From assembly GCF_018350175.1 (NCBI RefSeq), contig NC_058383.1, positions 25,174,001 through 25,238,000 on the forward strand: a stretch of 64,000 nucleotides of DNA. Reading direction: 5' to 3'. Below, in pieces: positions 47,101 to 59,100 of this stretch; the stretch's first letter is position 1, and the number at the start of each line of letters is the position of its first letter. This DNA is from Felis catus (Eukaryota). Both the position numbers and the translations under genes were made by a program. The notes beneath the pieces were generated by a model. It did not search any database. It was not told the DNA's origin and worked only from the letters and a program-made list of their open reading frames with translations.

Positions 47101-50100
47101 TTTTTAATGCTAGATGAATGAAGTCCTTTAATGAAACGAATTCTAAAAATGATTGCCCACCTTTGTACCCAAACTCTTTCATTGTTCTGATTTTGATTAG
47201 ATATTTTAAAGATCACTGTGTTTGGGAAAGCTAATTGCTACAACAAACCCCAAATCTAGTTTTGTAAAGGTTGATTTCTTAAATCTTAGTCTCAAGCAGG
47301 TCTGCAGAGAAACTTTGCTCCATACAGTCATTCAAGTGCCCAGGGTCCTTCCATCTAGTGACCCAAGCATCCCTTAGGGCCTAGGGTACTCCACTGAATC
47401 CTCTGCCTCCAGCCAGGAAATGGATTGAGAGACACAGGACATGCTTCTGGGCCAGGCCAGCCCTGGAAATGGTGCACATCAGTGTTATTCAAAGTGTGGT
47501 CTATGGACCAGCAATGCCAGCATCACATAGGAGCTTGTTAGAATTGCAAAATACCAGGCCTTGCTCCAGACCTACTGAGTCAGAGTCCCAGGTGATTCAC
47601 ATTCATATTACAGGGTGAGAAGCACTGTTTAACACCACTTCTGCCTGCATTCCAATGGCCATAGCTCTGCAAGAGAGGCTGGGAAACAAATTCCACTAGT
47701 ATAAATGAAGAGGCAAAAGAAACAGGTTTTGGGGAACACGTGGCATTATCTGTCTTAATCACATTATGTAAAAGCCTTGAAACGGCTTTTGATCAAATGC
47801 AACCTGAAGCTGGGGTGGCTGAGAGGCAGCCGGGTGGTATAAGATCTTCTAGACATTGAACCACCAGGAATAGTTTTCTCTTCGGGGCAGGAATGTCAGC
47901 AACTGTTTCCTATGTAGGGTTGGCTTTATGGACTGTTTGGCTCAGGTTAAGTTTCCAAGGACAACTCATTCCCAAATCCAATAGGCGCTTGCCAGTCCTC
48001 ACCTTCCTTGACCTAGAGTACTCCAATCTGAGACCCAACCTGAGTCCCTTCGCTCCTTGGTGCCCATGAGCCCATTCCCTTCTGGTTCCCTTTGATCTCC
48101 CTGGCGCACTTCTCCGTTCTTTATGGCTCCTCTTCTTTCCTGTTATCCTGAAATCAAGGATGTAACAGGCAGCCCATAGACACAAGATGGCCAGCAGGTG
48201 GGTTATGTTTGGGCCACACAGTGTTTTAATTTTTTTTTAATGTTTATATATTTTTGAGAGAGAGGCACAAGTGGGGTTGGGGCAGAGAGAGAGAGGGAGA
48301 CACAAAATCCGAAGCAGGATCTAGGCTCTGAGCTGTCAGCACAGAGCCTGACACAGGGCTCAAACCCACAAACTGTGAGATCATGACCTGAGCTGAAGTC
48401 AGAACCTCAACCAACTGAGCCATCCAGGTGCCCCTAGGCCACACAATGTTTTAAAAATCGAGAGATTTCACAATTATAATTGAATTTACATCTGCTCTTA
48501 AAGAAATAGAAGATCTGGAGGCACAGGCCCACATTCTTGCAATGTGACAACTGGCTTAAGCTGAGTAGAGATTTTCCTTTTGGATCAGAAAACATGCCTG
48601 TTAGTTCACCACAACTCTATCCAGCCAACCCCACACAGTCACACTCCCTGCCTCACCCCTGTAGCATTTGAGTCTGTGTCACCCCATCTGAAATGCAGGT
48701 CCCAGTCTCTTCTTATTTGGTGCGGTCTGAGTGATGTTACTTGAATCAGGAAATTCAGGCATGTGACGGCATCAGCTGCCCTGGGTCCCAGAGCCTCCTC
48801 AGCTGGCTTGTGCAGCTACTTCATAGCACCGTGGAACAAAAACACTCTTTTTTGTGCCTTTAACCTTGATAGTTCCCAGAAGGGAAAATGTGATTGTGTC
48901 ATTTTTGCTTCCATCCAATGTGGAGCATTCCTGATGTGTAAAATTCCATCAAAATAGTTCTGAGACTCTGATCTCCATCTAGCCCAGGCTGTTAATGGTT
49001 TCCTTCAACCTTGGCGCCAGGGTACATGCTGGGTTTTACTTCGAGCCCATGGAGTAAGATCTTGTAGGGGAGATCCAGTATGGGCTATTTGCACAAGCCT
49101 GAGAGCAGGGCAGGCATTTCCACTTTGTTGATTGACTCCTCCAGCCAGTTCCCCACATCTCTCATCCACCCCAGAATGTGGGCCAGCACTTACACATCTG
49201 TTTTATGGTTCCTTTCAGGGAAGAACTGAGAACCCTGCAGCTCTATTCCACCTGAAGTAGAACTGTAAGCTAATGGTTTGCACAGCTCAGACATCCAAGA
49301 AGAAGACCTCTGTCTTTTCTTTTTTGCAGTGGCCCTAATCTCTGATCCTGGACTCTCAATGTTGAGCCATACACTTTGCATGACACAACACACATCTCAA
49401 CACACATTTACCCTTCCAAAACTGGTGCAGCAGACACAAAAGAAAAGGAAACTGCCCTGCCCACATAAGAACACAAATCTCTGCTCAAGTGACTGCTCTG
49501 TTTTAATCAGGCAGAAGGGGGAGTCCATGGTTCTTCGAGGCTTTAACTGACATCTTATAATTCAGGGATTGACACTGAACTTGGGGCTACAGACAGAGTC
49601 AATCAATTTTACATTCCTTAATGACATTTAATGACAACCAATTTGAATACTTTAAACTTAAAGCATTCCCACCAGCAGGTATTTCAAAGCAGTAAACACC
49701 AGCAGAGATGTTGTTATCCAAAAGAGACAGTCAAGCTCATTACATCTGAATATTTGACTCCTTCCAATACTCAGTTTAAGTCTAAATGAGTTTTCAAAAC
49801 CTGGCAGGCCTTCTAAAGTGACCTTTGGAAAATCTAATCCCTTGGGGAAAGTATGATAAACAGTTTTTTCTAGGAATAAATAGGCTCTTTACAACAAAAT
49901 ATTTTTCCAATATTGTCCCAGGGACATACTATATAGTGAGTCTCAAATCCTTAGTTGTTGCTCACTTCTTTATCTCTCTGAGGACTCCAGGCTCAAGAGT
50001 CAATTGTCAGTAGGACCCTTGCTCTTGCATGTCCCTCACATGTCTCAAATGCCACATGTGTTCAAAACAGGCCTCAGCATCTTTGATTTGCTCCCTACAA

Positions 50101-53100
50101 CTTGCTTTTTCTCATGCCCTGCCTTAACTGATAGCACCACTATCCACCCAATGTCAAAATCATGAATCTCAAGGTCATTCTTGACTCTTCTCTTTTCTCA
50201 CATACAACCCATCACCCACCAGGTCCTGTTAATACCACTTCCTAAAGCCCTCTGCACTCTCCAGATTTCGCATCCCCTTGCCACTGCCTTAGTTCAGGTC
50301 ACTGTGTTCCCCACCTAAAACACTGCAGTAGCCTTCTCAAGGGTCTCCCTGCCCCCTCCAGTGCTGTCCCTACAGCACACCCAGAGGTATTTTTTTTTCT
50401 GAAATCCAAGTCTGACTGGGTCACTTCCTGATTAAAAACCCTCAGTGATTATCTAAGACCTCAAACTCCTTAACATGGCTACAGTGTCCTCTGCTTGGTC
50501 TAGACTTGGCCAACTTCCCCACTTCATTTGAGAGCTATGCTCTAGTCCCTGAATAATTTGTGGTCCTCAGGTAGGCCACACTGGCTCAAGCTTCAGGGCC
50601 TTTGCATTTACAATTCCCTGTGCCCACAGTGTCCTTCTTATACTACCTCATCTGGATTGTGAGGTTTAAGTTCATGAAGCCACCTTCTCAGGAGGCTGTG
50701 TCCACCCTTACTCCCACCTACACTGACTGGCAGGCCCTCCCATGCCGACACAATCCTGTGTACTCACCCTTTCATAGCATTTGCCAAACTGTACTGAAAC
50801 GGCTTTTAAACTTGTGGGTTCCATGGGGGGGCAGGGGCCAAATCTCATTCATCTCTTGATTAGTAACATCTGGCATTGTGCATGGTAGGCCTGCATGAAA
50901 TGTTGAATGAATGAGTGAATGAACTGAACTTGCCTTTGGCCATAATGTTCTGCATGAATGAGGCAAGGAGAGAAGGGTAGGCTACCTTTAGTGGGGAGAA
51001 GCCAAAATGAGATTCATCAGGAGCTGTGTCTAGGGTCATTTAGGAAGTGCCTCTAAAGCAGAGATGGCAAGAGTCCTGGGAACAGGTTAGACGATGATAA
51101 TGATGATGATGAAGATGGCAATATGGATAAAGGATGGTGATGAAGATGAAAAAGATGATGATAATGGCCATTTATTGAGCATATGTATTCCAGGCACTGT
51201 ACTTGGTCTCATCATCTCCATCTTACATTATGAGGTAAAGACTTCTTAGAAAGGCTGGAAAATTTGTTCAAAGTCATACAATTGATAAGTGGTACAGCCT
51301 GGATTTTAGACGAGGTCTGACACCAAATGTACAATCCATCTTACAAAACTGTGCTGTAACTGAAATATTTATTTAGCGACTTACTTATTTTTCATTCATT
51401 CATTCATTCATTCATTCAATATTTATCAAATACCTGTTATGTGCCAGATAGACTTCTAGGCACAAAACAGATGGACATCCTTGCTTCGTGGCACTTAGGT
51501 CCTAAAGAGGGGAGACCCAAGATAAACAAATAAGTAAAAAATATAGTATGTCTTATGGTTAAAAGTGTCATGGAGAAAAACAGAAGAGCAACAGGAAGTG
51601 CAAAAAGTTAGTGGAAGTGACACTGCAAGTCTATTTAGGGTGGTCTGGGAAGGTGAAAATTCAGCCAGGAACTGAAGGCAGGAAGGCAGCAACCCATGCA
51701 GATAGCTGGGAGGAGCGCATTTCAGGCAGAGGGAACAGCAAGTGTAAAGGCCCTGGGTGGGAATGTGCCAGGATGGCTAAAGCTGAGGTGCTAAAGAAAG
51801 TGGGAGATCAGATCAGAAAGGAAGTACAGTCCTTTAGGGCCTTAAAGGCCATTATGATGGTCAGAGGAATTTGTTGGGTGACCCTTGAGGAACTAAAAGG
51901 GACGGATTACCATCCCGAAGTTCCTATCATCTGTGAGCACTTCTATACACTATACTGGCCCTATGGAATGGGAGAGGATTATTCTCAGAATACTTTTCCA
52001 TGCTTGATCTAAAGTAGGGTTTCTCATATTCAGCACTACTGACACTTTGGCTGGATCATTCTTTGTTGTGTGTGTGTGGTGGGTGGGGGATGCACTGTAG
52101 GATGTTTAGTGGTATCCCTCACCTCTACCCACTGGATTCCAGCAGCACTCTAGTTGTAACAACCAGAAATGTCTCCAGATATGGCCAAATGTCCCCCATT
52201 GAGAACCACCATCTAAGGAAAGGCAGACTCCAGTTGCCTGTGCTGGGAGCTAATCTCCAGTCCCTACACTCACATTTCCCCATCCACCGGCCCCTCCCCT
52301 GATTCACACTGGCTTCTCAGAAAAAGGGAACCCAGGGTTATCTACTAAAGACCCAGGCAAATATTGATCCTTGGTCCATTAGCCATTAACACATCTACAC
52401 ATCACACAGACATTCAGAGACCAATTCCCTATTCTAACATGACCCTGGGTCTCATTTGCTTACACTAAAACCAATGTGAGAGCCACAGAATAGACCCAGG
52501 CTTATACTGGATGACTTGGTGCTAGTCACCCTTGTGTCTCTTTCTCCAAGAACCAGAAGATCTTCTGAGGATCCTGACATTTCTATAAGACTCCCCCTTC
52601 CCAGAGAGAACCTAGTCAGAGCCAGATCAAGGGTTCCCCCACCTATGTCATCAAAATAGTTAATGTTTTTCAGGCACTTTTGTGCCAGAGCTTTGAACAC
52701 CTTGTCTTACTGTGTAGGATCATCTTAAGGTATAGGATCTATTAGTATCCCCATTCTGTAGATGAAGAAACACAGGCACAGAGATATTTAAAAAAACAAC
52801 CTCCCTGAACTGCAGGTGCTATAAACCACCATAACTGTCTCTGTTTTATGAAACAACCTAATGAAGTTCAATGAGTGCCATATAGTAGTATGTGTCAGAC
52901 AATGAACTCTCTCTAGGTAGAGCTTAGGACACAAAGAAGGCTGTACTTGCAAGAAGTCTCAGCCTCCCAGCAGAGGGCTCCCTACACACCCACAGCCCAC
53001 TGGGCTCCACTCTGCCCAAGCAACGATGTACATCTGAATTGTTACCATACCCCAGCCAAACTGGCATTTCCAGTTGGCCAGGGCAGGACATAGGCACCAA

Positions 53101-56100
53101 GACCTGAGGAGCGTACACATTGATTTCATCTTTACAAGCTTGGAATTTAAGGTTCCAGAACCACAGGGGTAAAACTGATTTGCAAATTTTAAAAAGAAGC
53201 CAGAAGACAGGACTGTAAATCATAAAGAGTGGATTTGGCTCTACAGATACTCTCTGTTCTGATGGAAACCACCCAGAGCAGGGGAGATGGAAAATGCATC
53301 CCATCCCTCCCTCCAGGAAAAGAAATCTTTTTCAGATCAGCTAACCTATATGGTCAGTTAGAGCATGAATCTGGGAGTCATCCAGTCTTGGGGCTGAATC
53401 TCAGCCTAACTGTGTACCAGCCATAAGACCTCTGGATTTCTATCTCTTGTCTGTAACATTCCTCACCTGGAATGGTAGATAACTCAGAGGTTGTTATGAG
53501 GATTAACCAGGATAAAGCATGTAACATTTAGCAAAGTGACTGGCACAGTGAGTGCTCCATAACTTGTAGTTGTTGTTACCTTGTTATCATCACCATCATC
53601 ACCATCATCACCATCACCATCACCACCACCACCATCATCATCATCAGTGAGTCATCCTTGACCTCTTTTCTTCACTCACACTCCAAATCCAATCTATCAT
53701 CTCCTCCCGTTTCTCTCATCTATCTCCAGTCACCTCCTCCTTCAAAATGTCTCCAGACTTTGACCAGTTCTTACCCCCTCCATTGCCATCACTCTGGCTC
53801 AAGCCATTATCACCTCTCACCTGGATTATTACAGAGGCCTCCCACTGGTCTCCCTGGATCCACCCCTTTCCCCTTCAGTCTAATGTTCATATAACATTCA
53901 GTACAATCCAGTTAAAAATAAGTAGGATCATATCTAACTCTGCCCCAAACCTTCCAGTATCTTTCTACAACCCTCAGAGAAGGGGTTATTCAGGGGCCAA
54001 CAAGGTCCTATGTTATCTGACCCTGACACCTGTCATTCTGCTCCAGGCCAGACTCCTTGTCATTCCTTAAACATGCTGCACATACTCCCACCTCAGGGCC
54101 TTTGCACTTATGGTTCCCCTGCCTGGAAGCTCTCTCTCTCCAGATATCCACATAGCCTGCTTCCTCACCTCCTTCAGTCTTTATTAAACTGTTGTTTCTC
54201 AGTGAGGCCTCCCTTAGCCTCCCTACTTAAACTTAATCCCCCTGACACTCCCAACGTCCAGCTGCGCTTTTTTTTCCACTTAGCACTTAGCATCTAATAT
54301 AGCATATATTTTATTTCTTTACTTGTTTATTTCCTGTCTTCCCCAACAAGAGCAGGGATTTTTATCTATTGGTTGTTAAATCCCCAGTACCTAGAACAGT
54401 GTCTGACACATGGCAGATCCTAAAAAGGATTTGCCAAATGAATTGTGAATGACTGGATGAATGGACAGATGAATGAGTGGATGAATCTCCAAGGCTATTA
54501 TTGTTAGATCCTGTCCAGCTAGCTTTCAGATCCCAGCATTCCAGCTATTACAGACTACTTCTCTCATTTCTTCCATTCCGGATCCTCAAGAGCACTGGGC
54601 TGTGGGTGGAACTTCTAAAAGCTCCATCATTTGGACATTCATTCCATGTGTTTCCCTTGCCCTGAGCTGCTTCCCTTAGAGACTCAGATTTGGACAGGAA
54701 GTCAATCAGCAACCCTGAGCCAGGCAGGGCCAAATCCACAAGGAAGCCAGGGGAGAGGCCTGAGGGCCTGAGCAGCTGGCAACAGGCCAGGATCTGCTGG
54801 TGGTGATGGATTGGGGGCAGTGGGTATCAAAGGCAATGACGGTGACAGAGCAGGCAGTGGAGAGGCAAAAAGTCCCACTTCCTGTTCACTGATTGGGAAT
54901 TTAATGAAAACCATCATTCACTTTCGGGTTCCATTGCAGGAGCAGGTGTGCTGACTGATAGCGGGGCGTGTTCCAGTTGTCCTGAAGCAGGCTTTCTGGG
55001 TTTTGCTTTATAAAAGACCTCTCTGTTGGACTTGGAATTTTCCCAGGCAGTGGGGTCACTTGCACTTTTTCCAAGTGCTCCAGATGGACAGGAGAGAGGT
55101 GTGGGGGCTGAAAAGGGGAATGTATTCTGACTTGAAAGGGAATCAATGACCCCCCCTGCCCTGGCTCAGTCCATCTGCCACAGACATCAGGGCACTGAGG
55201 GGCCTGCAATCTCAGTGTTATCAGGAAGAAGGAAGGCAAATGTGAGTGCCTTTTCGTCCCCTCTCATTTAGGCCAGGAAGGCCTTCTTCTGCCAGGACCA
55301 CATTCCAGCTCCCTGCGGCCATTTTCCAGAAAAGGGCTCCCTACTCCTAAACCCCCACCCCCACTGCCCAGCAATATGAGGGGCCAAGGAATCTTAATTG
55401 AGAGTGTGAGGTCTCTTTGACACCACCAACCCCAAAGGACAGGATCAGAAAGAGTAGGGGAGCATCATAACCTCTCCCCACCCCCATCTTTCTCACACCT
55501 GACCTTGCTTGCTTGAGAGTCCCCTGCAATATTACAAGCAGCTATAGGGCAAATGGAGGGGCTCAATTTGGCCTGTAACTCCAGGATTTTCTACCAGATG
55601 GTGCGCATGTCCCCTCATTTTTTTCCCTAGAATTTCTGACCATAGAAACTGCTCAATAATAATGGTAGTAATAATAATGCATTAGGTCTTTACCATGCGC
55701 CAAGCATTGTGCTAAGGGTTTAACAGGCCAATATTGGTTACAGAGCTGATTTAGTGGTTCCAAATCCTGGCTATATCTCACTGCCATGTGGCCCTGGGCA
55801 AGTAGGACATTTTGCTGCCAATCAGTTTCCTCATCTATAAAATTCATATAATAACCATACCTACCCCATAGGATTAGATGGCTCAATCCATGGAAATCTC
55901 TTAGAAATTAATAGGCAACATATAATTGATTGCTAAATAAGTCTTATTTGACTGACAACTCTATGGGGTAATCACAATTATTTTTTTCATTTTACCCATG
56001 AGGGAAGTGAGACTCACAGAGTTGGAATGAATTGCCCAAAGTTGTATTACTTCCAGTGTTGTTGAGCACATGGAACCCTGATGCACCTCCCAAATGACCA

Positions 56101-59100
56101 ATTTCACAAAATATGTCTCCCATCCTGTCACGTTTCTGAAAATTTACCTATTACAGCACAGCGTGAGGAAAGCCCAGGAGCTAAGCAAGTGAAACCGAGC
56201 CTCCTCCCTGAGAGATGGGGAGTTAGAGAGGCTCTAGCAACTTCTGACTTACACTGGCTTTTTCAGATAACCCATCATCCAAGCAATCCAGGAGCCTGGC
56301 TGAGGAGCTGGGCAAAGCGGTGGAGATCATGGGCAAAGGCAAGAATGGGCTCGGCTTTGGCAAAGCAGACATCACAGTCGAGAAGGAACTTCAAACGGAG
56401 TTTAACGTTAAGGAGGCCCCAGAGTTGAAGCTCTTTTTTGAGGGCAACAGGTCAGAACCCATCAGTTGCAAAGGTAATAGTGGTTGTGTGTCAATCAAGG
56501 CAATGTTAGCTGTGGAAACACAAACACCAGCATTTCAGTGGTGTGAAAGAATTACAAGTTTACTCCCTGCTCATGTAGAGCCCAGTTGGCAGTCAGAGGG
56601 TGGAGGTGGGGGAGTTCTGCTCCCCAAGTCTTTCAAGGACCAAGGTTCCTTCCAGCTTGTGGCTCTGCCCTCCCTTAGGGCCCCTGAGGCCTCCACCATT
56701 TTCTCTCTATCTAATAGTTGGGGCAAGGAGCCAGAGGGTTGCCAATGGTAGTGTTGGTGACCCAAGCTTGGAAGTGGCAAACATCATATCTCTTTCCATC
56801 GACCAAAATTCTATTACATGGTCCCAGTCAACTGAAAGGCTGGGCAATATGGCCCTGATCTGTGTCCATAAGGAAAATAAGTTTTGGTGAATCCATAGCT
56901 GCCTCCACCACAGTTGTATCTCAGCTGGTGGGTTCTAGAAGTACCATGAGGTGGGATAGTGAGATGCATAGCTCATAAACTCCCAGAGACCAGAGAGTGA
57001 GTTCCTAACTCCACTACCTACCTACTATCCCAATCTTCTACTTTAGAACGATTTTGACAGGGTCCCAGGACAAGGAAGCACTGGTTGACCAAAAGGGAGA
57101 CTGGGAGATCATGAAACAAGACAGATTTGGGACAGAGTGACTACCAACCACTTTAGTTTCTATCATCATCGACTTTGTTCATTAACTTGTTCATTCACAT
57201 AAACAATGATCTTACTGAGAAACTACCATGTGTTAAGACCTATATTGGTGTTAAGGATGCCTGAAGATTTATATGTCTCAGTGTGGTACATGGTAGGACC
57301 TAATTTTTTTAATGCTAAATATATAAATGCATAAATGTGTGCAAAATTGATGGATGGATGGATGGATGGATGGATGGATGGATGGATGGAATGAAACTGA
57401 CGAATGCCAATGTGCCCAAGACAGCCTGTACTATGTTGGGAGAATGTTCCCCTTATATGTATGAATGACTGAGTCAGGAGACTGAGATAGTCTTTTGCAG
57501 GGTCTGACATTTAGCAGGTCTGCAATAAGCCTGTTTCAGTTTTGTTGACAAAAACCAAAAGGGCCCAGAGAGTGCCAACACCTCCAGCAGCTGCAGGATA
57601 CCTTGTGGTTCTCAGAGTGGACACAAGGAGGAATGAGACACAGACTAGACTTTCAGGGGAAGGTGCAGCAAAAGCACCTATCTCAGGGCAGATTAGAAAT
57701 AAGACCCAACAAGACCCAGCAGTGTAGTGGCTCATAGCTGGCCTATGGGATAATGAAGAGGCAGGGGGAGGGCAGAGAAGAGATGGAGAGAGTAGACAGG
57801 AGCAGTGAGAGAGGAAACACGGTGACTGCTGCTTCCTAGGGATATACTGAGTGACAACTGTCAACAATGGTGACTCAATGATCCCAAGACAGGAATCTTT
57901 TGTGATGTGTTGGCTTTGGGGAAGGTGCTGAAGAAATGAGAGACACTGGTTATTTTGTTGAAGTCTATATCTGCTTATGGAGTGGCTTAGGTTCTGGGGT
58001 GCCCTCACCTCCTAAAGGCCAGGTGAGGTCTGACTTCTTTTTGAGGCAATAAAGGTGACAATGTGGCAACTTCCAGACTGTCAGAGCCCCTTTTGCTAGA
58101 AGCCAGTGCCTGGGACCTCCTCTGCCATACAGGAAGCTGCATCACCACCTCCCCCCAGGAAGTCTCCTTTGACTGCCCAGGTCAGGGTGCCTGCCCTCCT
58201 CTGGGCTCCCACAGCACCTGTGCTTCCTCCTTCAAGACCCTTACTTCACAGAACTGTATTTGTACTTAGTTGTCTGGTGAGAGCACAGGGTCAGGAGCTG
58301 ATCTCACTTCCTTTCCCAGGTCCTCTGAAGAGGCTGCCAGAACTGGCACACACCAGCTGGCTTTAAATCCTTACTACATGCCTGAAGAACAATCACTTCC
58401 TCTTGTCAAATTTTAATTTCCTCATCTGTAAAATCGGGATGGTGCAAGTATCTACATCCAGGGGTTGCTGGTTAGATGAAACAAGCTTATAAGGCACAAG
58501 CCCTGACACATATCTGAACCATTTACTGTGTTCCACCACTGTTCTGGCCCCCTTTTCATATGTCACAGCCCAGTGTAGGGGCTGGGGAATCCGAGGCTTA
58601 GAGAAGTGGAACAACAACTTTCTCAACAATCCCCAGCTAATAAGCACTGCAGAAAACAAATGTTTTCTGTGAGGGACCAGACAATCTCTTTCACAACTAC
58701 TTAACTCTGCTGATGCAGTGGAAAAGCAGTTCCACAATAATAAATGGGTGTGGCTGTGTTCCAATAAAACTTTATTTATAAAGGCAACTGGCAGGTCAGA
58801 TTTGGCCCATGGGCTGCGGTTGACCAACCCCTGCTGTGCATTGTGCTGCACTCTAAAGTAAATGGCAGATGTGGTCCTTATTATTATCAAACCATTAGTT
58901 CCCTGACCCTTGTGCAGTGCCCAGGGACACTTAGGTTCTTCATGAATAGTTTTTGAGTTTGAATGGGATAGAATTGCAATTGCCCCACTGCAGGCAGACT
59001 TGGGACAAGGAGCCAGCCCATATTTCTACTAGGTTTGCCCATCCCTCTTCTTCTTCAGTATTACCCCCAACCAGGGAAAGAGGCAGTGGGATACTGGGAG

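Noticed and set aside
53586..53646. Poly-His coding tract
   Set aside because: Intronic trinucleotide repeat with no splice or ORF context
56274..56290. Missing CXXC active site in the PDI domain as a sign of pseudogenisation
   Set aside because: SKQS in the a domain is the known normal state of the non-catalytic chaperone PDILT
57511..58890. Two 165-aa minus-strand ORFs in a PDILT intron
   Set aside because: Non-ATG starts in the track, overlap with MIR/MER58 relics, no protein-family signature
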